A stretch of DNA of 61,364 nt, the filler included, from Choristocarpus tenellus KU-1152 (Eukaryota > Protista > Phaeophyceae), in NCBI GenBank assembly GCA_964200185.2. It is 10 parts of 10 records of this genome, joined end to end, with 100 filler letters (N's around TTAATTAATTAA, not from the genome) between each part and the next. Parts side by side here need not be neighbours in the genome. Positions count along the whole stretch, not along the records: positions 39,207 to 41,787 come from CAXNAD020026577.1; positions 41,888 to 45,536 come from CAXNAD020018740.1; positions 45,637 to 48,963 come from CAXNAD020020777.1; positions 49,064 to 56,044 come from CAXNAD020006925.1; 6 more parts are not named here. The stretch is one strand, 5' to 3'. The notes under the pieces were generated by a model. It did no database searches and had not been told where the DNA came from. It saw only the letters and a list, made by a program, of their open reading frames with translations. Positions 39,207-51,375 of the stretch are shown here, piece by piece; position 1 is the first letter of the stretch, and each line of letters begins with the position of its first letter. The position numbers and the translations under genes are program-made.

Positions 39207-39564
39207 AAAATCTGTAACTTGGGAAAGTCGGAAAGGGTCCCAGATGGAAAGGTCGCAAAGGTTCTCAGATATATTCCAATGTCTGTAAACCAGAAGAAGC
39301 CCCAACGATAAATGATGACAAGAGATCCTGAAAACGGCTCCAAACGGCTCAGTTCTGCTGACCTAGAGACCCCACGTTCTCAGTTGTTCTCTCTTAACTG
39401 ATATCGATAAACATACTTTCCTGTGCTACTTGATTCACCTGAGAGTACTCCTGTTCTGCTGAGCTGACGTGCGGTAATCTGTGAATTGCATTTGAGTTGT
39501 ACATCCTGTGGAGGTGAGTTCTGAGGGGCACCCGCAACATGGAGGTCTTACCGAGACTTCCACC
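39207..39564 (-). CDS. Putative gene fragment, possibly a leucine-rich-repeat protein; exons 39564-39439 and 39362-contig end
   Basis: Canonical splice sites; one open frame reads RPPCCGCPSELTSTGC...LRSAELSRLEPFSG...FATFPSGTLSDFPKLQI (Cys cap plus LRR-like tail), but a second frame is also open. Confidence 0.35.
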
Positions 39565-41559
39565 CTGTAACACAGAGACTGCGAAGCACTGCTCCGATAT
39601 GGTTGAAGATCCAACCATGTTTGTGTGGTAATGCTTTCCATGCATCTTCTCTCAGCGTCAGTGTCGCGGCTACGTGGTCCATTTCGCGATTTGATTATGC
39701 TGCTGCGCCACTCTACTCGCACTTTCTTGTCACCTAATATCGCACCGAATGTCACACGGTACTTGCTTTTCCATCGTCTCTCAACAGAGAAAGTGCCGAG
39801 GGTAGATCCAGGGGGGCAAAGTGGACTTGGCGGCTCTCCTTGTCTCACCGCCGTGGTTCATGTTGCTGTGTGGGTCACGTGTGTGTGTGCTCACAAAAAG
39901 TCTGCAAATGGCGCTAAAAGGTCTGCAAATATTGCTTTTTTTGTAGGTATCGCCACATGCATCAAAGTTGTCCAGCGACCTAACCCGCCGCATCAGTTTA
40001 TTCGCGGGGAGTTCAGCCAACCACTTACGTTTCGAAGTCGTGACCTTCAAAATTACGCTGGAGATGTTCCCCCGCATTTTTGCCATTGTTTGATCGGGAC
40101 ATGGCTACCGTTCTCCGAAGTTAGGAGATTCATGGATACAAAACTTGGAAAGATCTTGTCCTAACCTTTCATTTGATATTTATATTGTTGTATAATTATT
40201 TTGGCGATATGGTGAAAAAAAGCAAGATTGCTCCAGAGGGTGAAGCTACTGGTACCACCTTAACTGTATTGACAGCGTTTTTCGGTGCCATAATAATGGT
40301 TCCCTACCCATCTCCTTCTCTTGTTGACGGTTAGTATTTCATTTCCCTCCTATATTGCCCCGTCAGTCAGTGGACCTTTCAGCCCAAGCCGTAATTATCA
40401 AAACTTGTAGTGTGGATGTGGTGGGTAGGGGGGATCTGATTTCCTTTCAGTAGAGTTGTGGAACCAATGTCTGTTCCTTTACTAAGACCCTTGTGCTGGC
40501 CATTTACCTTTGTGTTCTTTACCCCTTCCATGGCTCCAACAGTTGACCCTTCGCCACGTCATTGGTGCTGTAATTAATGACCAAAGCTTGCGATGTGGAT
40601 GTGCTGAGTGAAGCGGGGGAAATTGGATTCTCCCCATTCAGTCATTGAACCAATATTAACTGTCTGTTCTAGCACCAAGAACCTGGTGGTAGGCCTTAAC
40701 CTGGCGCTCTCATACCTCACCCTGGCAGTGTCAGTGGTGAAGTCATGCCCATATGTATGTATGTATGACCTTCCCTAGACCTACTGCGGCTGATGATGCT
40801 GCAGGCAATGTTTCCTTTTACTCTTCTTGTGATAGAGTGGTTGACGAATCTCCCCAGTCACATCTCTACCCTGCCCGGAAGAATCGGCATACACCAGGCG
40901 GTGCTATATCTGTTGAATCTGTCCTCAGGGTGTGTTCTATGTCTCGATAATGTTCATCTATGGGCCCTTCCCTGTGTCACTGGACCCATACCCATCCTCC
41001 TCCCTTGTATTGCCCCATGATCACCACCTCAACCGGTTGTTAGTCTCCATGCCTTCCCCATTTGAAGTTCCTCGTGGAGTTCCACCTACTTCCACATCAA
41101 AGCCTGAAGGTTTTCAATTCAATTTTGAATGTTGAGGCTGAGATCAACCTATCAGCTCGCCAATGTTCTCCACCAACCCCCCCCTCACTGCTACATGGAT
41201 GTCCTTACACCACAATGAATTGCAGGTCCCAGATGATTTCTGCACCGAGTTCTCTGTTAACCTGTGCCGGATCTCCCATGCCTGCGTGGACGACCTCATG
41301 ATATTGTATAGAAATACACCTGATAAGTCATGACCATGAGACTGGAGCTTATTAATGAAGTTCCTAAATCGATCTTCATGATACTCTTTCCCGCTTTTGA
41401 TAGCTTTTAAAAATATCAACTGCCTGCTCCAAGACCAGGAATCAAACTTTCGGTCGACATTCTGTCTTTCCTAATTCATGCTCAGCTCTGATCCCGGGGA
41501 GAGGGGGGCCCTAAGCAAGTCACATCAAAACTTCACATGAAAGGCACTTGGTTTGGACA

Positions 41560-41684
41560 GGGTCTTGCTTGTCGAGACATTTTGCAGTGTGGTTCTTATC
41601 TTGCTCAATGACGTTGGTCCACCAATAAACATCCCCCCTCTCAGCAGCACGCAGTGCTAGTCTGACCCTTTGTATACTTGACAT
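41560..41684 (-). CDS. Possible ankyrin-like coding fragment
   Basis: LALRAAERGD...CLDKQDP resembles an ankyrin repeat; no further exons confirmed. Confidence 0.2.
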
Positions 41685-41686
41685 CT

Positions 41687-41787
41687 GGCTCAAAGTATCT
41701 GGGAGGGGATGGCGGCGTTCCATTTGGGGTCAATTTTTTTATGTCACGATTTTGGGGTGATTTGGTTGCATACGTCGGATGGATCCT
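41687..41787. mobile_element. MITE family B, partial copy truncated by contig end
   Basis: GGCTCAAAGTATCTGGGAGGGG...GTGATTTGGTTGCATACGTCGGAT is the reverse-complement match to the 9563 copy. Confidence 0.8.
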
Positions 41788-41887
41788 NNNNNNNNNNNNN
41801 NNNNNNNNNNNNNNNNNNNNNNNNNNNNNNNTTAATTAATTAANNNNNNNNNNNNNNNNNNNNNNNNNNNNNNNNNNNNNNNNNNNN

Positions 41888-42790
41888 AAGAACTGGAGGT
41901 CAAGAAGATACTTTGGGTACCTGGTATGCCATGCCGAATATTGAGCAGTGGGACCCTGAGACAAGATGAGGGAGTTAATCGAGGCAATGCAGCCTGAGCC
42001 TGAGCCTGAGCCTGAGCCACAAGAATCTGCCTATGGACCTAGAGCAGTTGTCCCTGAAGGGGGCACGCCCATCGATTGGAGACCCCAATATTCTTGCTTA
42101 CGGAATGAGAAAAGCAATTGCTGTACCTGCCACTAGGGGAGCAGGACCTTAGCAGGAGCAGTAACTAAGCCTCCACCAGAAAGGAAAGGAGGAGCTAACC
42201 GTGGGGAGCCTGGGAGCACTCTAGCCGCTGGGACCATAAGCTCATGGAAGAGAACACAGAAGGTCAGCGGAAGAGGCGGCCAAGGTAAAACTGATCAACG
42301 TACGGACCATATTACAACAAGATCCCCTACCAGAGATGAGATCAGGACCAACAGAATATGTTTAAACTGTGGACTGATCAAGCATATTGGTCCTTGTTCT
42401 ATTGAAGGAATATGCTACAACTGTGGAGGTAAAGGAAACCTTCAGATCGTTTGTCGCCAGAGGAGAGCGACACAGTCTTAACAGGCGGAGGAATTAGCTG
42501 GACCAGGGTTGGAGCCAGAAAAGAAAACCAGAGGAAGCTTGTCAGCGAAGGGCTGCCAGTACAAGACTTGTAAGTCCGGGAAGTAAATAATATCTACTCC
42601 AGACCATCAAGAACCATCTTCCATATCAGAGGCACCCTGGCGAGGAAGGTTGTTAGCAAAAGACTTCACTCAACAAGAGGATGTACAAGACATTCAATTA
42701 TGATAGGCTTCAAGCCTGGGGGAGAGAGTGCTACGTCCAACAAGAGAACAGCAAAAAAGGGCTGGTTCAAATTTTAACCATAAACTAAGC
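41888..42790 (+). mobile_element. Retrotransposon gag relic with two degenerate zinc knuckles (~42355-42460)
   Basis: RICLNCGLIKHIGPCSIEGICYNCGGKGNLQIVCRQ; surrounding frame has stops. Confidence 0.7.
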
Positions 42791-43585
42791 GAGGGGTCAT
42801 CATGGGACACGATTGTACTCCACTGTGTTGGTGCATCTAAAGAAGCAAGTACAAAACTTCGTAGACACTGTGTTGACTAGAAGAATGACGGATGTTTGAG
42901 TTAAAGCAATCAGTGTTCTTTTACTGCGTTGACAAGATATATGTGATGTGCGTGAGAATTGAACCAATCTGACGTCTTTTACTTCCATTTTTCATGGCAA
43001 GTGTGCAGAATGGGGAGTGTACACAATAAGATGTTTTAGGTTTGAGAGTTCCAGCAACTTTTTCATTGCCTGCACTCTCATGGGGGAGTGTGCAAAATAG
43101 GACAATAGTGAGGTGCACCACCTTATTTTGTGTATATGAGATTGTTGAGTAGAATTGAGTCCATGTGATGTAACTAATGAGAGAGTACATCCGGATTATG
43201 TATTGGGATTATGTATTGGTACTTATTCCGCATTCAACTACTCTGACATAACCGTCGACTTAGATAGGAAGCACAAATAAATAATAAACAAGCAATGAGA
43301 AGAGACCCCACAAAGGTCACTCTTCTAATTTCAACCGTGTAATCACGTTCAGCAAAGGGGTTGGTAATTTGCACAGTTTTGATTAATGGATTTTGTTTCT
43401 CAGGCAACGTGCACAAAAATTGGGGCAGGTGGGGCACGTGCATTTAATTTTGTGTAGGAACAACATAAACAAAACATTTCTAGAAAGAACAAAATAACAT
43501 TAGCAGTAGTGTGACGATGGCATCTGTAAAGTGGTGGTCTGCGGAGAAAAAGCAGGGTAGAGATGTTGGTGTTTCGGGAACTCAC

Positions 43586-43721
43586 AAGATGATGAAGTCC
43601 ACTATCTTGGAAGGACTCCTGAGGGAAGCCTTGACCTCTTCTAAGTCGCATCCTCTCCCCTTCTGACAGAAGTCGCAGGTACAGGCGCAGGTGTTCTTAG
43701 CCATTGTCTTTAACCAAAGTC
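43586..43721 (-). pseudogene. Cys-rich exon, probably from a decayed intron-containing transposase-like gene (~42800-45300)
   Basis: tag| ... |gtgagt boundaries; LWLKTMAKNTCACTCDFCQKGRGCDLEEVKASLRSPSKIVDFII; neighbouring minus-strand fragments are frameshifted. Confidence 0.35.
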
Positions 43722-45420
43722 CTAACCACATGAAAATACACAATGTACAGAGAAGTGTCGGGTGAATTGCAGAGATGTGCAACAAGAGAGTGATAGGTTC
43801 TGACTAAAGGTGGATTTTTGCGACAACGGATGCCTCCTTATAGTGTGTACTTTCCTTTACAGGCGACTTGGATGGATGACGATGAAATGATAAAGAGGTG
43901 AACGCTACACTGGGGGTGTTGCGTGTGGTGCGTGTACTGATCTTGTGTAGGTTTGTGTACAAGGTGCACGTTCATTTTTCCTTGGACTTCTTGTAGATGT
44001 GGTGGTGTGAGATATGAAAAGGCAACAATTAACCTGTAGTGAGCCAAACCAATTGAAAGCTAGTAGGCAGGGTTGTATGTTAAGGGTTTCGAGAAAGGAC
44101 CGAAAGACATCATTTGGTACAAACGCTGACAGGGCCTTGCGCTCGACTGTGGTGTCACCTTGTTTGTGAAAATGGGTAATGTCAATTTTTCACACGCAAT
44201 CTGTGCACATAATACAGATGCATATGGGACCCAAAGACACCAAGAGGATACACTGATTGTGATAGATGTATCACAGTTAGGAGTTAGCGGAGGACAAATG
44301 CGTGCTATTGATAAAATTAGTCACACACACACACGCCAGTTGCCAAAGAGAGACACACAGGACACTAAATATACAAGAATAAACACACATGATTTACTCA
44401 CAACATGCACACCCACGAACAAACAAATATTTCCACACAGACACAGACACATGCACGCCATCAGCATGTGCTCACTCAAACACAGACTTCATTATTTCAC
44501 ACTTACGCACGCATACACACTCCATCTCTTTCGGGATGGTGCGGAGTACAGTATACCAATAGTGCATAGATCAAACACTTCAGTTTCATTGCCTCGAAGT
44601 GGCACGAAATAACTCGCACCTTTTTCTCAGTTACACAACTTCAACCCACAACACCTGACAAGCGATCTTCTGGGGCTATATATTTTAAGAGATAACGAAG
44701 CTTGTAACTATCAAACAAATAACACAGTATCAACATTGGCATCTCTAGCATTATCCATCCAACCAACCACCAGAAGAAGACACCTCGAAGTATGTCTCTG
44801 TAAGTAACCCCATGAGTAGCGCAAAAAGCAGACAATTGCACGCACACATACATCCGACGACACATGACAAAATTACGGAGAACAATTCAACAACGCATGA
44901 CGACCCCTCGATTTATGTCTGAAAGTCTACTTTTCAAGCTTGCACATTGTTCCCGGTACATTTCATTTCCACTGTGTGTCGACTTTCTACTTCCCTGTAC
45001 CAACAACTTCGCAGGATGTTCCTGACTGCAACATAAATCCGCATCAAGAGTGTAACAAAACAAAAATTCGGAATCTTGACTTTACTCATATAAGCTTCTT
45101 ACTTGTGGAAAATATTTCGGTGGTGTGTTCGTACCACACATAAGACTAATATATTGGTATTCCTTCCACATGCGTACATAAAGCTCCTGTCATCTCCCTT
45201 TTGTGTATGCCATCCATTCTTCTTGACAACAAATGCCACCGTTGTTCAGGGTATGTTCTTCGTAACCTCTTTCTCAATTTCCTTCCTCTCTTCTTCCTGG
45301 GTGACCAACACATACACGAATATATATTGTGTGTGGGGCACATATAAAGCTTTTTTGTGCACTCGTGGTGGAATGAATCCTCGTGCCGTTCATTGAAACA
45401 TTGGAAGTGTCATTGCTAGA

Positions 45421-45536
45421 GAGCCAAAGCATTTAAGAGGGTAGGAGTTTTGCCATGTTTGTCCGTAAGGGGCTTGGCTTCCCACGTTTTTTTTTTTTTT
45501 TTTCCTACTCCAAAAGTTTTTGGTGAAGGAGGTAAA
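45421..45536. mobile_element. MITE family A, partial copy truncated by contig end
   Basis: GAGCCAAAGCATTTAAGAGGGTA...GGGGCTTGGCTTCCCACGTTTT...CCTACTCCAAAA matches the 51126 copy. Confidence 0.85.
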
Positions 45537-45740
45537 NNNNNNNNNNNNNNNNNNNNNNNNNNNNNNNNNNNNNNNNNNNNTTAATTAATTAANNNNNNNN
45601 NNNNNNNNNNNNNNNNNNNNNNNNNNNNNNNNNNNNATACGGTCAACTGGTGATACTTGAAATGCTAACACCACAAGGGTTGCCTTGAATCCCCTTCTGT
45701 CCCAGCCCTGGGTGGGGCATATAGTCACACCGACACCCAC

Positions 45741-48473
45741 CTGAATATCCAGCCAATCTTGGTAGTCTGTCATGAAGTATACGCCAGGTAAATGCGTGTG
45801 GACCATGGGTGAGATATCAATGGCATCCAAGTTGAAGTTCTTGAGCAGGCACTGTTTGAAAGGCAAAGGCAGGTGTCGACGGGACGAAACACTTTAGGAC
45901 ATACTGGCTTGGAGTGAATACGTTTTTTGCACCACCATAGTACCTTGATACTGACGTTTGAATGCACAGAGGTAAAGCCTTTGTGGTTCTGAGATGATGA
46001 TAAGTACCCATTTATGGGATAGCCTTGGGGCAACCTACGGATATCATTCTTACCTGTGACAAATGTGGTCCCTCTGTTACCCCTGGGAAAGATGTTCGAA
46101 ATAGATGGTTGGCGGGATCCACAGAGCCGTCAGAGTTTAGAGGCCGGCCATACCCAAAATATCCCGGCATCTGGGCAAGATTGTCTGCGGTGCAGGAAAG
46201 GAGAGTGTGTGAGCACACATCGAGTGTAGTACAGGCGACTTGTTTGGTCTGTTGAGCTTGGGAAATGAGAACAGCACTGGAATGATGCTGCAGAGACAAT
46301 GCTATAGGATACTTCAACCAACCTCCCTCTTCAACATGCAAGAGATGTCGTTGCTATAACTGGTGTTGTTATGCCTACGTTTGTGTGTGCTGATACCAGC
46401 ATGTACAACACACAGTAAGACGGTTTTCATGTACGTTTATCTTTAGTTCGGTACAATACAGAGTAGTAATGTAGATAGCGGTATGAGTCAGTTTTTTGGC
46501 CACATTTCAGGAAATGGACGGCTAAGACGGAAGCCCATCGGATAATTAATAAACACTGCATGTTCACCATGTAACTCACGAGCAGCTCATGGTGACGAAC
46601 CCTTCCTGTGCAAAAGCTGGTGATATTCATAAAAGGTCAGCAAACTCACATTCCGCTTTAGTCCCCCATCGTGGCAAAAAAAAAACATGACTACTTCACC
46701 AACCTGCAGCCTCTTGTGCCAGTTAATTTGTCCCGTACTGGCTGAAGGGAACATCCCTAAGCAATGCCATCCAGTAAACCTTCCGTGTGGACATGAAGCC
46801 AAAGGATGGACATTGAGTGGTAATAAAATATATCATTATATACCTCACACATTCACATACTCCGCAAACTCCACATACCTTACGTACATGCATCAGACAT
46901 ATTAATAGTCAAGAACAAGATGAGATTATTTGAGTAAAAACAGATGCCGTAGTATAGTGATCACCCATGCTCAAAGATTATGAATCTAAAAATGTTTGAA
47001 AGTGCCATCGTGAGGGCAAGAAGGTGGACAAGACTCCTAAAAACATATCCAGGCGAAAACCCATATCAAACACATAACGTGATTATAAGACTAGGTTATT
47101 CGACACTGCAACCTTGAAAGGTACAGCGGCATCTGAGGTACACAGGTAAAAGCAATGTACGAGATACCTCAGCCATCTGGGCCGCCAGTTGGGCAGATTC
47201 CAGGGTTGGCGGTGGCCTCATCACAATAGCTTGGCTGTCGAAGGACACAGAACGGTCACAAGGAGAAACGAGGGAATACGAGGACAAGGTCAAGCGGCAA
47301 TCTAGAGTTTGGTAGAGGGACTGAAAACCTCAGAATTGTGCAATTATCGCACTTCGAAGTACTGGATTAGTAATGATATTTTTGTACTTCCAAGTAGTTA
47401 GTCAATTACAGTAGTACTAATAGAGAAAAACAAAAATAGAATCTATTTGGGACGTTGGTGTTGTGAAACTGGGGTCGTCCATTCCATACTCGACGAACCC
47501 ACAGGCACGAACAACTTGAGAGGAGTATCATTTGTCTCTGCGGTCATTAATCGTGAAGAATGGGAAGTTACAAGATGGAGCTTGGATGATGTGAAAATTT
47601 TGGAGGTTCCGTCGATCATCACTCTTGTCGTACAGCCTCTGGGATATGTTCTGAGGAAGTAGACGGTTGTTTACTCACGGGTCAGGCCCCCGCATCACGA
47701 AAGTTAGTCCTCCCAAAGGATTGGCCAGCGCAGTTGGTCCCCCAGGGACATCATCGCACTTGTCGAAATCTCCGGAAGATAGGCACTCCAGGAGGGCTTC
47801 GTACGCCTGCATGTATACCTGCGTGAAGGGGAAGAGAGCGGCACCACAAGAGGGGTAATGAATTAAACGGGGCCTCGGCGGGAGAGGAAGCCATCTTGAA
47901 CTCACGTTTCGACCACTGCAGTATTCGCAGGAAAAACGAATAACTCTCTATGTCAACACCTGGGCAGACCCTCTCACTCTTGGGGGTATTCCATCCCTTG
48001 CCCCTGGCGAAAAAATAATGATGCGACAAATATGGTGTCAACATCACGCACGAAGATCGTACCCATCCACCTCAACTTGTATTTCAGGAAACTGTAAGAT
48101 ACTGTCAATACTGTACTACGTGTAATACTTGTAGCAGCCCGTTGGTGTTTAGGGTTCAGAGAGCTCTAGAGCATCGACGCCAAGCAGAGGTGTACTACTC
48201 ATTGTGGGGTAAGGTCTTGTGGAAGTTGCCTATGAACGACGCGTATTTTTCCTCGTCTCCGTTATTACTGTGGCACATATGTCGGGTCTCAAGCTCCGCC
48301 TGAGCCGCGTCAGAGCGTATCGCGAAGGCAGCAGCCCTTCTGGTCGTAGGCGAGAGGGGACTGATGGCCGAATCCAACTCGCACATCGTGGTATCATTGG
48401 ACTGCCCCCAGCAGAATGTAGACATCACGAGCACCAGCAGGGACGTCGCTCGGGAAAGGTGTTCTGTCATCAT
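45741..48473 (-). pseudogene. vBPO: Vanadium-dependent haloperoxidase (brown-algal vBPO/vIPO family), 5' half, disabled; exons 48473-48198, 47818-47679, 47234-47168, 46779-46704, 46184-46054, 45851-45741
   Basis: Signal peptide, then NNGDEEKYASFIGNFHKTLPHN, AYEALLEC...LANPLGG, LAAQMAEVYWMALLRDVPF, LFRTSFPGVTEGPHLSQ, FMTDYQDWLDIQ. These are hallmark algal vHPO motifs, and exon phases 2-6 are compatible. In-frame TAA at 46725-46723; TAG at 48197-48195 with no phase-0 donor for exon 1. Halide specificity cannot be called. Confidence 0.93.
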
Positions 48474-50766
48474 GCTCTTCAGGTCGAGAAAGTTGTTTTA
48501 CGAAGGTCTGCAACAGGCACCTCGCAAACGTGAGTGGCACAAGAAACGATCAAACCTTTGCGACAACAATGATGAATGACTCCTTGGGCGGGACTGTGGG
48601 ACTCCGCAACGGTGGTTAGAAGGTCGCGAGGTGTGCAGTCTACTTGGTCAGTTGTTACCGGTCCTTGGTGATTTGCCTCAGCCCAGCTGTTTCTGCCTTC
48701 CGCATAAGGCGAGATTATGGTTGGTGTTTTCCTCTCTGTTTATCTCCATGATGGGAACTGTATTTCAACAAAGTTTGAGCATTTGTTACAGGCGAATAGC
48801 GCAAGCATTTTCTCCTCATGTGTTAGGAAATACGAACATTTGTAACAGACATACAATGTGAAGATTGTTTCTTGAGTTCTGACAAGTGCGAACTATATAC
48901 AATATTAGTAATACATAGGTTAACCTTACAGAATAAGTTATTATTTTGAGAAGAGGCAGAGTANNNNNNNNNNNNNNNNNNNNNNNNNNNNNNNNNNNNN
49001 NNNNNNNTTAATTAATTAANNNNNNNNNNNNNNNNNNNNNNNNNNNNNNNNNNNNNNNNNNNNAGTTTCAAACCCCAAAGGGGGGTGTCATTGCCACCGA
49101 ATCAATTCTATTCCGTGAATGACTAATCAAACTCATCTTAAATTACTTCCCACAAAGCTTCCTATTCCTGAACTCTTCCATATTCTAGTTCTTGAAACCC
49201 AACCTTGTCTTCTTATTCTTCAGAATACAAACACCGTCTCTTCATTCTTAGATTGTTTCTTCTACAGAATCTTCTTTTACACATGAATAAAAAGCATATC
49301 CTTAACACATGACAATGCATCCAGAGGATATTCTCTTCTTCAATTACTGCCTCCTAGTAGGGGTTACCTATTTTTCAGTAATGTGAAATGGGATGTCAGC
49401 CAGAAGATTTTATTACTCCTGGCTCTCGAAGGACCGGTTATCTAATACTGCTACGTAACTTATCTCATCCTGGTGATGGATACAAGGCCTCTCTGGAGTG
49501 CCTTTTGTTGTTCATTGTTTACCTCATGGTCATGTTTGAATGCGTATTTCCAGCAGAAGTTCTTCGTACCAAACTACGTTACAATGTGGAGGATCACACA
49601 ATGAACATGTTTTATGTTTAGTCTGTGGCGTTTGTTTTTACCTCGTCATACTTTTGTATGTTCATTACGGTTGGAGAGAAGAGAATAAAGTGATAGTAGC
49701 TGCAACAGTCTAAAAAAAACGTTTGCTGTTGGAAGGTGGTCACATCACCTATGCGCACAGACAGAACCAGCAATGAATATTGCGGTCCATTATAATCCCC
49801 TCCACCCCATCCTCGTCAGCTCTCTTACATCACATGCAATAGATTCCTTCATTAAAAACATCATCATCATGCGGACAAACAGGGCAAGGAAATACAATAA
49901 CCACACTATTGTACCATATTCTGTGCATGCTGCAAGATTACACTCATATCTCAATGTGCATATGCGCCACATGGGAACACCACAGCCTGCACACCAGTCC
50001 ATACCAAGAACGCCAAGAGTAACACACAATTTATACACACACACATACACATAAGAAAAACACATTATTTTGTCAATGACATTTTTTTACCAGGCTGTCG
50101 TTGTACCCTTTTCCTTCCCTCAATCACTTGCAAACCGTCTTGGTGAAATACGTTTTTTTGGTTCCTCTACTTCACCATAATAATGTACCACCTCCTATTC
50201 AAACCACAGATACTACCAACAACCAATAGCCCTACCGAAGTACCTGCTTCTCCATCAACAACATTTGCACAACAAAACTCATTGCCCGTTTCTGTGTTTT
50301 CCCATTGTTCATGCATCCACCCCCCAACCACCCCCACCACAATATACCAGCTTTTGGAATGACCGCACACATACAAATACATCTCTCTCTCTCTTGATAG
50401 CTTCGCAATTTCCAGAAGAGCGAACCATCTCACAGGTATGACTAATACAGTCTGGACCATGGATTACCTCCAATGAGTACTCATCATGCCATAACCGAAA
50501 AAAGAACATGATGCTCTCACACATGCATGCCACTGACCAACCACAATGACCCATTAGTACTAGCCCTTTTTCGAGTTAAGGTCTTGGGGGCCGCTTACAT
50601 TCTCACTATACGAACCATACCTTACCGAATCCACCCTCCTTGTCTCTCCCTCCAAGGGAAAAGCAAGACAACTCTCCTGCCCTCTCCACACCCTCCCCCA
50701 TTCTACACCAACAACAGTAGCAGTAATAGCAGAAAAACCAAACCCATTCCGAGCATCAACAGCCCT

Positions 50767-50885
50767 ACCTTCCCACTTGTCAATGGGCAACGGCAGGGGA
50801 AGGGGAGTTCGGAAGGGACTGCAATGAATAGTTGCACTCTTTTTGCAAGCAACTCCTCTTCCTCTCCCCCCCTCACATCACTGCC
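50767..50885 (-). CDS. Possible isolated exon
   Basis: cttacag| SDVRGGEEEELLAKRVQLFIAVPSELPFPCRCPLTSGK |gtaggg; no partner exons confirmed. Confidence 0.2.
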
Positions 50886-51125
50886 TGTAAGCAAAAGTCA
50901 AGATACACATACATACGCACCATGCAACATAAACTGCCGTCTGTCTCCCAGTGAGAAAAGTGGAAATGTAATCAAGGCACTAAGCAGAAAGCCTGGCTAG
51001 CTGTGGGGTCGGCGACTAGAACCCTAGCGTACACAACTCTAATCTGATACAGTTTATTCTTGGTGACTGAGTGAAACCCTACTACATCCCAATAGTGTAG
51101 CCGCTTCCTACCTATCGTACCTACC

Positions 51126-51375
51126 GAGTGAAAGTATCTTAGAGGGTAAGAGTCTTGCCCTGTTTGTCTGTTTGGGGCTTGGCTTCCCACGTTTTTTTTT
51201 AACATTTTCCTACTCCAAAATGTTTCAGAATAGGTAAAATGTGTAAGTTATGAAAAGGTGTGCCCGGAACAAGGATATTGACACTTCCTAACAAACCAAA
51301 ATTACATCAAAATCGAAACATTGGATTTTGACCCCAAACGGACGCGGCTCTACCCTCTAAAAGATACTTTGCCTC
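51126..51375. mobile_element. MITE family A, full copy inverted relative to 214-472
   Basis: GAGTGAAAGTATCTTAGAGGGTA ... TACCCTCTAAAAGATACTTTGCCTC; internal sequence colinear; no clean TSD. Confidence 0.9.

Noticed and set aside
39625-40164. 179-aa plus-strand ORF
   Set aside because: No domain or splice support; nearby exon signals are on the minus strand.
46723-48197. Stop-codon reassignment (TAA/TAG read as sense)
   Set aside because: Other reconstructed exons have no in-frame TAR codons, the 10883 model ends in TAG, and reading through the exon-1 TAG does not restore homology or splice phase.
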